From contig CAVRJM010000001.1 of NCBI GenBank assembly GCA_963722075.1, forward strand, positions 928,001-992,000: a DNA stretch of 64,000 nt, read 5' to 3'. Position numbers and translations under genes: made by a program. Positions 10,919 through 20,798 of the stretch are shown in pieces. The stretch is from Candidatus Babeliales bacterium (lineage in GTDB: Bacteria > Babelota > Babeliae > Babelales > JANWKD01). The notes beneath the pieces were generated by a model. The model was given only the letters and a program-made list of their open reading frames with translations. It made no database searches and was not told the origin of the DNA. The first letter of the stretch is position 1. Every line of letters starts with the position of its first letter.

Positions 10919-11066
10919 ACTGGATCATTACGTTCCGTCTCCGTTAAAACTCCGCCGGACACGCGCTTTGCTATTAAGGAATCCGGCGTAGCCTTGGCGA
11001 AGTCGGACGCAAACTCCTCATGATGACAAACGAATGTCATCCTGAGCACCAGCGTAAGGATCCAGT
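10919..11066. repeat. Nested palindromic intergenic repeat
   Basis: ACTGGATC...TGATGACA then TGTCATCCTGAGC...GGATCCAGT. Confidence 0.85.
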
Positions 11067-11092
11067 AAAATATTTATTCCTTTTTACTATTT

Positions 11093-11767
11093 TTATGCAA
11101 AACGTTGGTGGCGTTGAATAACGCGACCAATAATACGGAAGTGGTCTTTACCACGAACTAATGCTATTGGTGGATTCTTATGATTCACTGCTTCTAACAC
11201 AATAAAATCTTCAGTATAGGTAATTTGCATGATCGCTTTGGTAGGTGCATCATTGCCATATTCTACTGCAGCAATGTCACCTGAACGAGTCCATACTTCA
11301 GGAGAAATAATAAGAACATCACCCTTAATAAAGGTAGGCGCCATTAAGTTGTTATCAATAGCTAAGCCAAACATTGCGCTATCAGTGGTATTTAAAATAG
11401 GAATAAATTCATCTTTATGGCCGCTAGTAATTTGCATTAACTGGTTGTTATAGGGAGAAGGATTAGAAGGCACTTCGCCAACAACGGGGATAATTTGTAC
11501 TTTTAATTCAACTTCTGATTTTTCTGGCAAGCTTACATTGCTATCAATATTGTCAGTACGCTTACGGCGCTGTGCAAAAAGATCAATAGGGCTAATTTCA
11601 AAAGCGTTAGCAAGTTTTCTTAAGGAATCTTCATTCCAACGGCGGGTTCCGTTTTTAATGTGGGTAAGGTAACTTTCAGACATCCCTGTTTTTTCAGCAA
11701 GGATCTTAGTGGTCCACCCTTTTTCTCGTAATAACTCTTTTACCCGTAATTCAGTCATCGAAGACAT
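11093..11767 (-). CDS. XRE-family HTH repressor with S24-like (LexA/CI) C-terminal domain
   Basis: LAEKTGMSESYLTHIKNG HTH; IPVVGEV, GDVLII, RIIGRVI. Confidence 0.85.
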   Translation of the reverse strand: MSSMTELRVKELLREKGWTTKILAEKTGMSESYLTHIKNGTRRWNEDSLRKLANAFEISPIDLFAQRRKRTDNIDSNVSLPEKSEVELKVQIIPVVGEVPSNPSPYNNQLMQITSGHKDEFIPILNTTDSAMFGLAIDNNLMAPTFIKGDVLIISPEVWTRSGDIAAVEYGNDAPTKAIMQITYTEDFIVLEAVNHKNPPIALVRGKDHFRIIGRVIQRHQRFA

Positions 11768-12035
11768 AAATAAACTCCTCTATAATTTTGATAGAAATGT
11801 GATAGTATGGTTACTTCTATATATTTATTTCTAATTGTACTCTATGGATTGTTTTTGTCAAATGGAAACATGGAAACCAATTTTTAGACTAAAACCTGAC
11901 ATCTGCCCGGGCTTTTACCCCTCCCCATACCTGTAACACTCTATAAAAACAGACTTTGTCGTTATTTACAAAAGAAATTAATCAGCTATAATTATACAAT
12001 ATAAGTTTCAATTGTTAAATTTGGGGGGAAGATAA

Positions 12036-13004
12036 ATGAAAAAACTAGCTGGTTTAGCCTTATTCTTTTTACTTTGTATTTCAGGCTGCTCACTATTTGG
12101 CATGAACGGCTTTAAAAATCGGTTTAAAAACTGCTCATGGAAAACAGCAGCATTCGGCGCTTTTGCCGGAACCTGTACCGCTCTACATTATGGCTTAAGC
12201 CTGTTTCCTAGCTATAAAATTTATACTATTAATAAGCATTTTTTTTCAACAGAAAATAGACCCGATGCTCCTGATGTAAGCCCCGTAATTGAACAATTTG
12301 TACGGCAACAGCTCAAAAAACCCACTTCAAAAAAAATTCTAATAAAATCTGGCAACCAATATGCAGCAAAAAGCTCATTGGATACAGGAACGATGTATCT
12401 TGAAGATACGGCACTTCTTGAAGAAGTTTTAGCGACTCCCCAAGAAGAAAGACCTAATAAATATATATGTTGGCAACGCCGTGACGGTACTCAACTTCAT
12501 AAATCATATAATGAGTACTTAAAACAAGTAGCCGCTATTATTCAGCATGAAGAAACCCATATTGTTAAACATCATTATTTTCAGCTTCATGTTGCTTTTG
12601 GTGCAATCCCATTCTTGCTAGAACTTGCTCATTATGGATTAAAAAAGAAGTTTCCGGTATTAGGAAGATATTCTATTAACAATGTATTAAAAATACCAAC
12701 GGGTGCATTAAAAGGATATATAAATGGATTAATATTTTTTGCCCTCAGTCGTTATCATGAACAACAATCGGATGATGGCATTGAAGATAATATACAGCTC
12801 TTACAAGCGGATATTGAATATCAAGAAGAACTACCTTCTTGGCGCCGACTTAAACATACACCGTGGTATCGCAATTTTCACACGCATCCTGCCGATAAAC
12901 TTAGAATTGCACGGCTGCGGCAACGCCTTCAAGTATTAGAAGATACTGGTGATGAGAGATATTGCCAGGATCCACTCCAAAAAAAAGAATCAGAAATCAA
13001 GTAA
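12036..13004 (+). CDS. Exported M48-like zinc metallopeptidase
   Basis: Signal peptide; HEETH, EQQSD and HTHP..LR motifs. Confidence 0.65.
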   Translation: MKKLAGLALFFLLCISGCSLFGMNGFKNRFKNCSWKTAAFGAFAGTCTALHYGLSLFPSYKIYTINKHFFSTENRPDAPDVSPVIEQFVRQQLKKPTSKKILIKSGNQYAAKSSLDTGTMYLEDTALLEEVLATPQEERPNKYICWQRRDGTQLHKSYNEYLKQVAAIIQHEETHIVKHHYFQLHVAFGAIPFLLELAHYGLKKKFPVLGRYSINNVLKIPTGALKGYINGLIFFALSRYHEQQSDDGIEDNIQLLQADIEYQEELPSWRRLKHTPWYRNFHTHPADKLRIARLRQRLQVLEDTGDERYCQDPLQKKESEIK

Positions 13005-13020
13005 GAAAAAGAGGTTCATT

Positions 13021-13284
13021 ATGAAAAAATTATCACTTTATTTTTTAACTTTTTTATGTCTTATATTTGCCACTAAGCTTTGTCCTATGAACGCCTTTAA
13101 AAATCGGTTTAAACTCTGCTCATGGAAAACAGCAGCATTCGGCGCTTTTGCCGGAACCTGTACCGCTGTACATTATGGCTTATCTTATGTTCCAGCGATG
13201 GCGCATATTGTCGGAACAGCAATTTTTGCCACAAATTTATTTACTGAAAAATGCACCGCATCAACTGCCTCTTCAAAAGGATAG
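13021..13284 (+). pseudogene. Truncated paralog of 12036-13004 (N-terminus only)
   Basis: About 95-bp near-identical copy (FKNRFK.CSWKTAAFGAFAGTCTA.HYGLS); runs into the convergent gene. Confidence 0.75.
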
Positions 13285-13739
13285 TGAGTGTGAATATATT
13301 GTTGTATCGTGGTTCTTATCTGCGTAAAGTAATCAACCATATATTCTTTAAACTCTTTTGCCAGACTCTTATCAGTTGCCCATAATTTTTTATGTACCGC
13401 ATTACAACGTTCAATTAAAGGCTTCAAGAATATTCTTTCAAGGGTAAATAATTGACGATATGAAAAATCTTCAACGTTCCATTCCAACTGATCTGTTATC
13501 ATAATAAGATATTCAAATAATTCTTCTGAAGGGTTTTTTTCAAATTCTACCAAAGCAATAAAAACGGCTTCGATCTGGTTTTGAAGTTGCTCAAATTTTT
13601 TTGAACTTATTGGCTTTAATTGATTTTGTAAATTTTTGAGCTTTTCCTGTAATTGAGAAAGTGATTGTTCAAGGGCCTGGCTTTTAAGAAGATTCGCAAA
13701 GAATAATACTGCAATAATGGTCATTAATAGCTTCTTCAT
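13185..13739 (-). CDS. Exported helical protein with post-signal leucine-heptad segment
   Basis: Signal peptide, then LEQSLSQLQEKLKNLQNQL; RBS AAGGA. Confidence 0.7.
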   Translation of the reverse strand: MKKLLMTIIAVLFFANLLKSQALEQSLSQLQEKLKNLQNQLKPISSKKFEQLQNQIEAVFIALVEFEKNPSEELFEYLIMITDQLEWNVEDFSYRQLFTLERIFLKPLIERCNAVHKKLWATDKSLAKEFKEYMVDYFTQIRTTIQQYIHTHYPFEEAVDAVHFSVNKFVAKIAVPTICAIAGT

Positions 13740-13915
13740 TTACTTTCCTTTAAATTTTACTAAGTAGAACTTGTGCTCAAATGAGTATAAATTTGCAACG
13801 ACGGGTTTTCTTATTTTGACACTTTGAGACACGTTATAACCCATCTACGAAAATTAAACAATTTTTATATCTATGCTATAGTAATACATACTGTTTTCAT
13901 AAAAAAAGAATATAT

Positions 13916-14644
13916 ATGGCTACTCACGCATATAAAACGCGCTTTAATAAGAATTATTTTGAAGAAAAAGTATGGAGTGAGAATAAGCTGCTTTGCGGCA
14001 TTGATGAGGTAGGCCGCGGGTGCTTAGCCGGACCGGTGATAGTAGCTGCTGTAGTTCTTTTTCCCCATAAAATCAGTCGTCATCTACGTGATTCAAAAAT
14101 AATGACCCCCGAAGAGCGCCAAAAAGCGTATCACTGGATTATTAAAAATAGTTGGCATAGCATTGCCTTGGTACATCATCGTATCATTGATACCCATAAT
14201 ATTTATTATGCAACGCTCTTAGCAATGAAGCGTGCCTATATGCAGTTAGCCGCTCATATTGCGCAAAAACCGAGTACCATTATCATTGATGCCATGCCAT
14301 TGAGACTAGAAAATAGTATATATACTGATACAGAGATTTTTTATTTTCCGTTTGGCGAGCGCAAATCGAGTTCTATTGCAGCTGCTTCGATTGTAGCAAA
14401 AGTTACGCGTGATCGCTTAATTGCCACTCAATTTGATGCTATAATTCCTGGATATCAGTTGAAAAATCATAAAGGGTATTCTACGCCTCCCCATAAAAAA
14501 TTGGTACGTAGCTTAGGGCCATCAATTATACATAGAACTAATTTTGTAAAAAAGGTACTTTCTTATCCTGATGAATCCAACCAAATTAGTTTGTTCAATG
14601 AAAATGAACCCATGAACCCTTCCGTTGATGAGAGGGAATTATGA
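13916..14644 (+). CDS. rnhB: Ribonuclease HII
   Basis: GIDEVGRGCLAGPV, DSK, IAAASIVAKVTRD, HKGY. Confidence 0.95.
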   Translation: MATHAYKTRFNKNYFEEKVWSENKLLCGIDEVGRGCLAGPVIVAAVVLFPHKISRHLRDSKIMTPEERQKAYHWIIKNSWHSIALVHHRIIDTHNIYYATLLAMKRAYMQLAAHIAQKPSTIIIDAMPLRLENSIYTDTEIFYFPFGERKSSSIAAASIVAKVTRDRLIATQFDAIIPGYQLKNHKGYSTPPHKKLVRSLGPSIIHRTNFVKKVLSYPDESNQISLFNENEPMNPSVDEREL

Positions 14645-15231
14645 AAAAACAGTTTGCAGAAGTTATAGAAAGTTCATTATCAGGCTGGCTTGCACAAAGC
14701 TGGCATTGGAATCAATTTCCGGTATTTGGTTCACTAGTTACTATTGAAAGCAATAATCGTACGCTCTTTGGCATTGTACATCAAATTCAGACCGGTTCCT
14801 TGGATCCTATTAGGTATCCGGTAACCTATCAAAAAACAGAAGAAGAATTGCTCCGTGATCAACCACAAATTTTTGAATTTTTAAAAACAACCTTTTCTTG
14901 CTTAACGGTTGGATATAAATATCAAGGAACTATTTACTACCAATTAGCTCCTGAACCGCCCAAGATTCATGCATTTGTTACCTCAGCTACCGCTGATTGT
15001 ATTCAAGAATTTTTTTCTAATGAACAGTATTTATCAATACTTTTTGGCTTATCAAATCAGATTTTTAATCTTGACGAATTGTTACTAGCTATTCTGAGTA
15101 ATCTACATACCCATCAATTAATAGACAGCGTTAACAAGCAGCAATTTGTGCAGCAGCTTTCACTACTTATTGGCAATGATTACCGCCGCCTAAAGCTATT
15201 TTTACAACGAATCCAGCCCCTTTTGACTTAA
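14641..15231 (+). CDS. HAS-barrel-like domain protein
   Basis: FAEVIES, PVFGSLV, PPKIHAFV pattern; ATGA overlap with rnhB. Confidence 0.55.
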   Translation: MKKQFAEVIESSLSGWLAQSWHWNQFPVFGSLVTIESNNRTLFGIVHQIQTGSLDPIRYPVTYQKTEEELLRDQPQIFEFLKTTFSCLTVGYKYQGTIYYQLAPEPPKIHAFVTSATADCIQEFFSNEQYLSILFGLSNQIFNLDELLLAILSNLHTHQLIDSVNKQQFVQQLSLLIGNDYRRLKLFLQRIQPLLT

Positions 15232-15288
15232 AGGCTATAGTATATTATTATAATATTTACTATTATTAATAATCAACGAAAGGGTCAT

Positions 15289-15807
15289 ATGAATTATAAA
15301 CTATTGATGTTAGCTATCTTTTCTTTTTTGGGCTTTTCAAACAATAATTGCATGAATGTTGCGAAATTGGGTGAAGTAAAGATTCTTGGCCAAACAATTG
15401 AAGACTTTATGTCTCCTTATATTAGACGCAATCTCAGCGACAACACTAATTATACCGGATCAATTAAAATCAATCCAAATCCTAATAAAGGCATTACTGA
15501 AAAAATGGCCAAAGAAATAGAGGTTGCTTTAAAAAAATTACGGTTTACCCATAAGCCAGAGCATTTTAGACATTTTTTTGATGCACAAAACTTACCCAAA
15601 TTCTTAAAGGCACTTATACCGGTTATAGAAGAATTTAAAATTAAACAACGATCAACAAATAACAGCTGGTGTTCAAAACTTCATAATGCATTCTCATCAA
15701 AAAAAGCAGTGTTTTGTTATGGCGCGGCAACGCTCGGTGCAGCAATAGCGCTTAATAATAAATTTGGCCTCATGAATTATTTACCGTTTTTTAAAAGTCA
15801 GAGATAA
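15289..15807 (+). CDS. Exported hypothetical protein with C-terminal hydrophobic anchor
   Basis: Signal peptide; C-terminal AVFCYGAATLGAAIAL. Confidence 0.65.
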   Translation: MNYKLLMLAIFSFLGFSNNNCMNVAKLGEVKILGQTIEDFMSPYIRRNLSDNTNYTGSIKINPNPNKGITEKMAKEIEVALKKLRFTHKPEHFRHFFDAQNLPKFLKALIPVIEEFKIKQRSTNNSWCSKLHNAFSSKKAVFCYGAATLGAAIALNNKFGLMNYLPFFKSQR

Positions 15808-15832
15808 TTTATTAAATAATAATTGAATAAGT

Positions 15833-15860
15833 AAAAGGCTCGCATTTATGCGGGCCTTTT
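15833..15860 (+). terminator. Rho-independent terminator
   Basis: AAAAGGCTCGCAT-tt-ATGCGGGCCTTTT. Confidence 0.75.
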
Positions 15861-16001
15861 CTATTTGCTGCTGCTTTTGTTATAGAAAAATCATGTTCTA
15901 ACAAAATTATTTATCTTATTTAAAAAAATCAATTATACTGCAGTTAAATACATATTAATTTCTAGAAATCATTTTCATTGGTGAAAGGTAAAGGTATACA
16001 T

Positions 16002-16655
16002 ATGAAATTAATCATTATTACCGCTTTCTTTTTATCCATTTTTGCGTATACCTCTATAATATCTATGGAGAAACCTACGCGGGTAGCAATTCCTAAACTT
16101 CGCTTAGAATGTATTTCACAGAAAAAAAAGAAACCAAAAAAAATTGATAGCCCTATTTCTTTTAAACAGTCGGATTATTTAAATCCAGAATCTATTGAAT
16201 ATTCCCTTCCAGAACATGTTCATTATTTACATGAAGAAACATGGCCAACTAAATTGATTGCGTATTTATTTTCTAAAGTAAGCCGCTCTTATGCAAACAA
16301 TAAGGAACAGTGGGATTTTTCACCAGTAGTGGCTGCCATAGTAGTTGAAAAAGAGAACGTACAAAAACTATTAGATACTTCTATTGAGGACCATAAATTT
16401 TTACAGCCAATCATTAACGTTACCAATTTAAAGCCGCTTCCTTTTATACCTTCGGATGAAAAAGTGATTTATTTAAATAATGAAAATGAATATAGCAACC
16501 TTATTAAGTCAATTTTTTCCAGAAGTTATCGCTATATTTATGATGGCCATGAGTATTGGGATTTGCGTCCTTCACTTTATGCATTTAAAAAACAGAAACA
16601 AAAATGGGAACAGCTTTTTCAGGTTGCTGAAGAGCAAAAACAACAAAAAAATTAA
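16002..16655 (+). CDS. Exported hypothetical protein with internal duplication
   Basis: Signal peptide; LIAYLFSK..QWDFSP versus LIKSIFSR..YWDLRP. Confidence 0.65.
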   Translation: MKLIIITAFFLSIFAYTSIISMEKPTRVAIPKLRLECISQKKKKPKKIDSPISFKQSDYLNPESIEYSLPEHVHYLHEETWPTKLIAYLFSKVSRSYANNKEQWDFSPVVAAIVVEKENVQKLLDTSIEDHKFLQPIINVTNLKPLPFIPSDEKVIYLNNENEYSNLIKSIFSRSYRYIYDGHEYWDLRPSLYAFKKQKQKWEQLFQVAEEQKQQKN

Positions 16656-16694
16656 AACGAGTAGTAAAAACTAAAAAAAAGAAAAAAAAGAAAT

Positions 16695-17507
16695 ATGAAT
16701 AAAATTTATTTACTTTTTTTAATTGTCGGTATTAATTTTACCACTTATTGCATGCAAAAAAACAAACCGGAAAATTACTATAAGCAATTCCGCCTGTCAA
16801 ATTTTTTTAAAAAATTTTGGTCTCCTACTGACCAAATGGAAATAAAAACAAGTCCACATGATAAAGATTTGGCACTAAAAGTCCAACGATTATTAGATCT
16901 CATTTTTATTCGTGTCCCTATAGTTAAAAAACGCGAAGCCGGTAAAACTAAAAAGCTTATAACCGATGGTGAAAGATCTTCACAGATTTTTATTTATGAT
17001 TCGATAATTGTAAAGATTGCGGAAATTTTTGACTTAACAATTCCTCCATCAGAACAAAAATTATTGGCATCTACTAATGGTTCATCTACTCCGGAATCAT
17101 CTCAAATAACTTCTGCAGAAAATAATATCGGCCTGAGAATATATAATAATTTATGGGAACTGGTAAAAGAACAAAAAGGTGATTTTACTTATCAAGAAGT
17201 AACCCTCACACAAAACAATCGAGAATATAAACATGCACATAAAAAACTTATTAAAGCAGTTTTGCAACAATATACGTTTAACCCAGATACATTTGAAATA
17301 GAAGCTACATTAGGATTTGACCATTTAAAAGCCGCCGCTCCATGGGCTTTTGAAGCCCATAAGCGAGAAATTAAGCAACGCATTAAAGCCAAAAAGCGGG
17401 TGTCTTGGTATAATTCTAAGCCAGCCTGGTGCATTTATAGCATCACTGGCACTCTCGGAGCCGTATATCTTTGGAACCTTGTTAAACAGAAATGGCAGCA
17501 TAGTTGA
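16695..17507 (+). CDS. Exported hypothetical protein with C-terminal hydrophobic anchor
   Basis: Signal peptide; C-terminal WCIYSITGTLGAVYLW. Confidence 0.65.
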   Translation: MNKIYLLFLIVGINFTTYCMQKNKPENYYKQFRLSNFFKKFWSPTDQMEIKTSPHDKDLALKVQRLLDLIFIRVPIVKKREAGKTKKLITDGERSSQIFIYDSIIVKIAEIFDLTIPPSEQKLLASTNGSSTPESSQITSAENNIGLRIYNNLWELVKEQKGDFTYQEVTLTQNNREYKHAHKKLIKAVLQQYTFNPDTFEIEATLGFDHLKAAAPWAFEAHKREIKQRIKAKKRVSWYNSKPAWCIYSITGTLGAVYLWNLVKQKWQHS

Positions 17508-17573
17508 GCCATTTTTACAATAAATCCATAATGAGCTATATTAGTTCTTAGATAGGCTTGATATTAATTAAAT

Positions 17574-17710
17574 CCGGTAGTGCCACGTGCATCCGAAAAC
17601 TTAATGCGACAGCATTAATGTTGAAGTGGTGCATATGAGCACGAGAGAGCGGTCCAGCAGCATGCTGGTGTCGTTTTAGTTAAGGTATTTTGGACAAGCA
17701 AAATACCTTA
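17574..17710 (+). ncRNA. Candidate structured non-coding RNA with terminator-like hairpin
   Basis: Nested stems plus TAAGGTATTTT/AAAATACCTTA inverted repeat; no ORF. Confidence 0.35.
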
Positions 17711-17740
17711 CTTGTACAAAAAAGATGTCAATTTTATTAA

Positions 17741-17829
17741 TGGATCCAGCCTTCGTTAAAACTTCGGCGGACACGTTCCCACGCCTTGTCCGGCATAGCT
17801 TTAGCGACGACGGAAAGCTCGGAATGACA
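17741..17829. repeat. Nested palindromic repeat directly upstream of ftsY
   Basis: TGGATCC[AGCCTTCG...GGACAC]..CCCACG[...]GCTCGGAATGACA; reverse-complement homolog at 59651-59711. Confidence 0.85.
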
Positions 17830-17833
17830 AAAA

Positions 17834-18727
17834 ATGTTCAATTTTATAAAAAATAAATTATCTACTATTTACGCAACCTTTAGCAGCAAAGTACATACCC
17901 TTTTCCAGCAATCCACCATTGATGCACAAACACTAAAAGAACTAGAAATGCTTCTTATCACTGCTGATACGGGGGTTAAAACAACTAAGAAAATCTTAGA
18001 GCATTTACAAGAAAAGCTTAATCAAGACCTTATTAAAAAAGGCAATGATTTAAAAGCAGCATTAGAAACACAATTAATTCAACTGATTGATGCACAAAAT
18101 CCCATCCAAAATCAAACGGTATTTTTACTCGTAGGCATTAATGGCAGCGGTAAAACAACGGCAGCGGGTAAATTGGCTCATTTATTTAAAAACCAGCATA
18201 AAAAAGTAATGCTGGCTGCAGGGGATACCTTTAGAGCGGGTGCTGCTGATCAATTAGCGCAGTGGGCAACGCGTACTGAATGCACGCTGGTACGCGGTAA
18301 AGAAAAGCAAGATCCTGCTTCAGTAATTTTTAATGCATGCCAAGCATTCAAAGATAACGCCTACGATGTATTAATTATCGATACTGCTGGCCGCTTACAA
18401 ACCAAAATAAATTTAATGAAAGAACTTGAAAAAATTAAGCGCACCATCGAACGTCAATTACCAGAACATACAATATGTACCGTATTAACTATTGATACCA
18501 TGCTTGGGCAAAATTCATTTGAACAAGCAAAACTCTTTCATGAAAGCACCGCAATAGATGGCCTTATTTTAACTAAAATGGATGGTACGGCCAAAGGCGG
18601 TATAGTATTTGCTATCAACCAAGAATTACATATTCCGGTTGCTTTTATAAGCTATGGCGAACAAACGGAACAGCTTAAGTTTTTCAATGCTCATGAATAT
18701 GTGCAGCAATTATTAACCCCTTCTTAA
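17834..18727 (+). CDS. ftsY: Signal recognition particle receptor FtsY
   Basis: GINGSGKTT, DTFRAGA, DTAGRLQ, TKMDGTAKGG. Confidence 0.96.
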   Translation: MFNFIKNKLSTIYATFSSKVHTLFQQSTIDAQTLKELEMLLITADTGVKTTKKILEHLQEKLNQDLIKKGNDLKAALETQLIQLIDAQNPIQNQTVFLLVGINGSGKTTAAGKLAHLFKNQHKKVMLAAGDTFRAGAADQLAQWATRTECTLVRGKEKQDPASVIFNACQAFKDNAYDVLIIDTAGRLQTKINLMKELEKIKRTIERQLPEHTICTVLTIDTMLGQNSFEQAKLFHESTAIDGLILTKMDGTAKGGIVFAINQELHIPVAFISYGEQTEQLKFFNAHEYVQQLLTPS

Positions 18728-18836
18728 TTCCTTGCCCAAAACCAATATATTGACTCATTGATTGCTAATTTTTTAAAGTTTTCTTTATCAGGCAATTACA
18801 ATTTAATCTATTTAAGTAATGATGAAGTTTGTTAAT

Positions 18837-19505
18837 ATGGTAAAAAAAATTATTATAGCCAGTTCGCTTTTGGTAATAACGCAATCAACCACTTCTTTGG
18901 AGCAAACGTTGCAACAACTCAAAACAAATTTATCTTCGCTTAATTTTCATCTGCATAAACCGCCGCAAGCATGCTCTTCATCACTTTCTGCCATTGAATG
19001 GGATATACATTTAGAAAAGGCCGCTCAACAAGGAATTATCGCCCAGAAGTCATCAATAGATCGTTTATTTGATGCCATTGACGATCAGATCATACAATTT
19101 AAAAAAGCGATAACTCATTTTAAGCAATCACTTGAAAAATTTAATGGTGATATAGCAAACAAATCAAATGAACAGCTGGAAGCTGAATTTAAACAGATAA
19201 TAAAAACATATAAATCAATTAATAATGATGAATTAACTACCTTATTATTTACGTTAAAAGATAATAAAGATCCTTATACAATTACCGATAAAAAGTATGC
19301 CCAAAAGCTTTTACGTAAAATTAAAAGAATAAAAAAAGAATTAAAAAATTATATGGAAGCGCAAAAAAAAGCTGCCTTCTATAATGATGAACAACTTAGA
19401 AAAAAATATAATACATTGATCAAAAATGAAATTCAAAGCTTTAAAAATTTTAAAGCATTTATAGAAAAATTTAGAAAAAAGTGGCAAATGAATATTCTAT
19501 TCTAA
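18837..19505 (+). CDS. Exported helical protein with post-signal leucine-heptad segment
   Basis: Signal peptide, then LEQTLQQLKTNLSSLNFHL; start uncertain (18819-18837). Confidence 0.65.
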   Translation: MVKKIIIASSLLVITQSTTSLEQTLQQLKTNLSSLNFHLHKPPQACSSSLSAIEWDIHLEKAAQQGIIAQKSSIDRLFDAIDDQIIQFKKAITHFKQSLEKFNGDIANKSNEQLEAEFKQIIKTYKSINNDELTTLLFTLKDNKDPYTITDKKYAQKLLRKIKRIKKELKNYMEAQKKAAFYNDEQLRKKYNTLIKNEIQSFKNFKAFIEKFRKKWQMNILF

Positions 19506-19520
19506 TAAGAAGGAGTTGGT

Positions 19521-20081
19521 GTGAAAAAATATCTATTATTATCGCTTTTTGCTTCCATGTTGACGACGTTACGAGCTGGTGAATTAAGTGATGAGTTGAT
19601 GCAATTAAAAGCAAAATTGGATGATTTGCAAAATAGTTTTGGCGGAATTGGTAGAGCTAAAAAACAATTAGATCCAATAATAAATGCATTGAATGTAGCC
19701 ATTTCAAATTTGTCTGATTCATATAGAGGTGAATTTAATAATGCACTCATTTGGTTCCTAGCAGACCCTGAATCCATTAACGATTTTCGTAAAACGTATT
19801 ATTCATTTGAGGAAAAAATAGCTGAAGTAATACCACCCCTTAAATCTTTAAATAATTTTCAAGGACCTAAGAATAGTATACTTGATAAAGATTTGGTAAA
19901 GGACACTCTTAAACCGTTAATTGAAATTATGGAAGTTACAAAACAAAGGTTAGAAGCTATAGGAGGGATGCCCACAGAAATTTTAAACAAGTTCACTGGC
20001 GCTAACTATAAAGTAGTTCAAGACTTAGTTCGAAAAATAACTTCAGCATGGGGAATTAAAGTTGAAGTTCAAACAAAATAA
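19521..20081 (+). CDS. Exported helical protein with post-signal leucine-heptad segment
   Basis: GTG start after AAGGAG; signal peptide, then LSDELMQLKAKLDDLQNSF. Confidence 0.7.
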   Translation: MKKYLLLSLFASMLTTLRAGELSDELMQLKAKLDDLQNSFGGIGRAKKQLDPIINALNVAISNLSDSYRGEFNNALIWFLADPESINDFRKTYYSFEEKIAEVIPPLKSLNNFQGPKNSILDKDLVKDTLKPLIEIMEVTKQRLEAIGGMPTEILNKFTGANYKVVQDLVRKITSAWGIKVEVQTK

Positions 20082-20088
20082 TTACAAT

Positions 20089-20115
20089 GAAGGAGCGCTT
20101 TTTAAGAGCTCCTTC
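20089..20115 (+). terminator. Probable terminator hairpin
   Basis: GAAGGAGC...GCTCCTTC. Confidence 0.6.
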
Positions 20116-20182
20116 GTTTCCTTGATTTACTTTCTTATTATTTCATAACCTTTGAAAATAAGTACTTTCAAGGGAGATTACC

Positions 20183-20782
20183 ATGAAAAAAAATCTGTTT
20201 ATTATCGGTTTGCTCACACCTATAAAAATGATAGCAGTAGCACCACTAACACAACTCCCCTTTGCGCAACCTGCACCAAAACAAATTACTGCTCAAGAAA
20301 TTGACGCATTTAACAAACAAGAATTTAAAAAAAGTTTCGATCTTGCAGCTCAAGAAGTAAAACTACTGCGTACCCAGTTGCATCAATTTACCAAAGCACT
20401 TGATGCCTACAGTAATAAATCGGTAAAATATCAACAAAATTATCAAAACCTCGTACCAGTAATTAATAGCATGGAAAAGATACGGCAAAAGCCATTTATC
20501 ATAGAAGTTACCAAGTTATTACAATATAAATTAGCAGCCTCAAAGGAAATGATACAAACTGCTGATGGATTAATTAGCAATGTTATTACGTTAATACAGC
20601 ATATTCAAGCGATGGTTGAAAAAACGGTGAAAATTGCATGGAGAGATACCGATTATAGTAATCTGCCAGCCACCTATAAAGATAAAAATATGGCTGATAT
20701 TTTCCAAAAAGAAATTGTAGATAAATTCCCTTTTAAAGTAAAAAAAATAATACGTGCTCACACCAATTGGCAAAGATTATAA
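20183..20782 (+). CDS. Hypothetical protein, probably exported
   Basis: RBS AGGGAG; MKK plus hydrophobic N-terminus. Confidence 0.65.
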   Translation: MKKNLFIIGLLTPIKMIAVAPLTQLPFAQPAPKQITAQEIDAFNKQEFKKSFDLAAQEVKLLRTQLHQFTKALDAYSNKSVKYQQNYQNLVPVINSMEKIRQKPFIIEVTKLLQYKLAASKEMIQTADGLISNVITLIQHIQAMVEKTVKIAWRDTDYSNLPATYKDKNMADIFQKEIVDKFPFKVKKIIRAHTNWQRL

Positions 20783-20798
20783 GGATTTTTTATTAAAA

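Noticed and set aside
11093..11767. Prophage marked by a CI-like repressor
   Set aside because: No integrase, Cro-like or structural phage genes are nearby.
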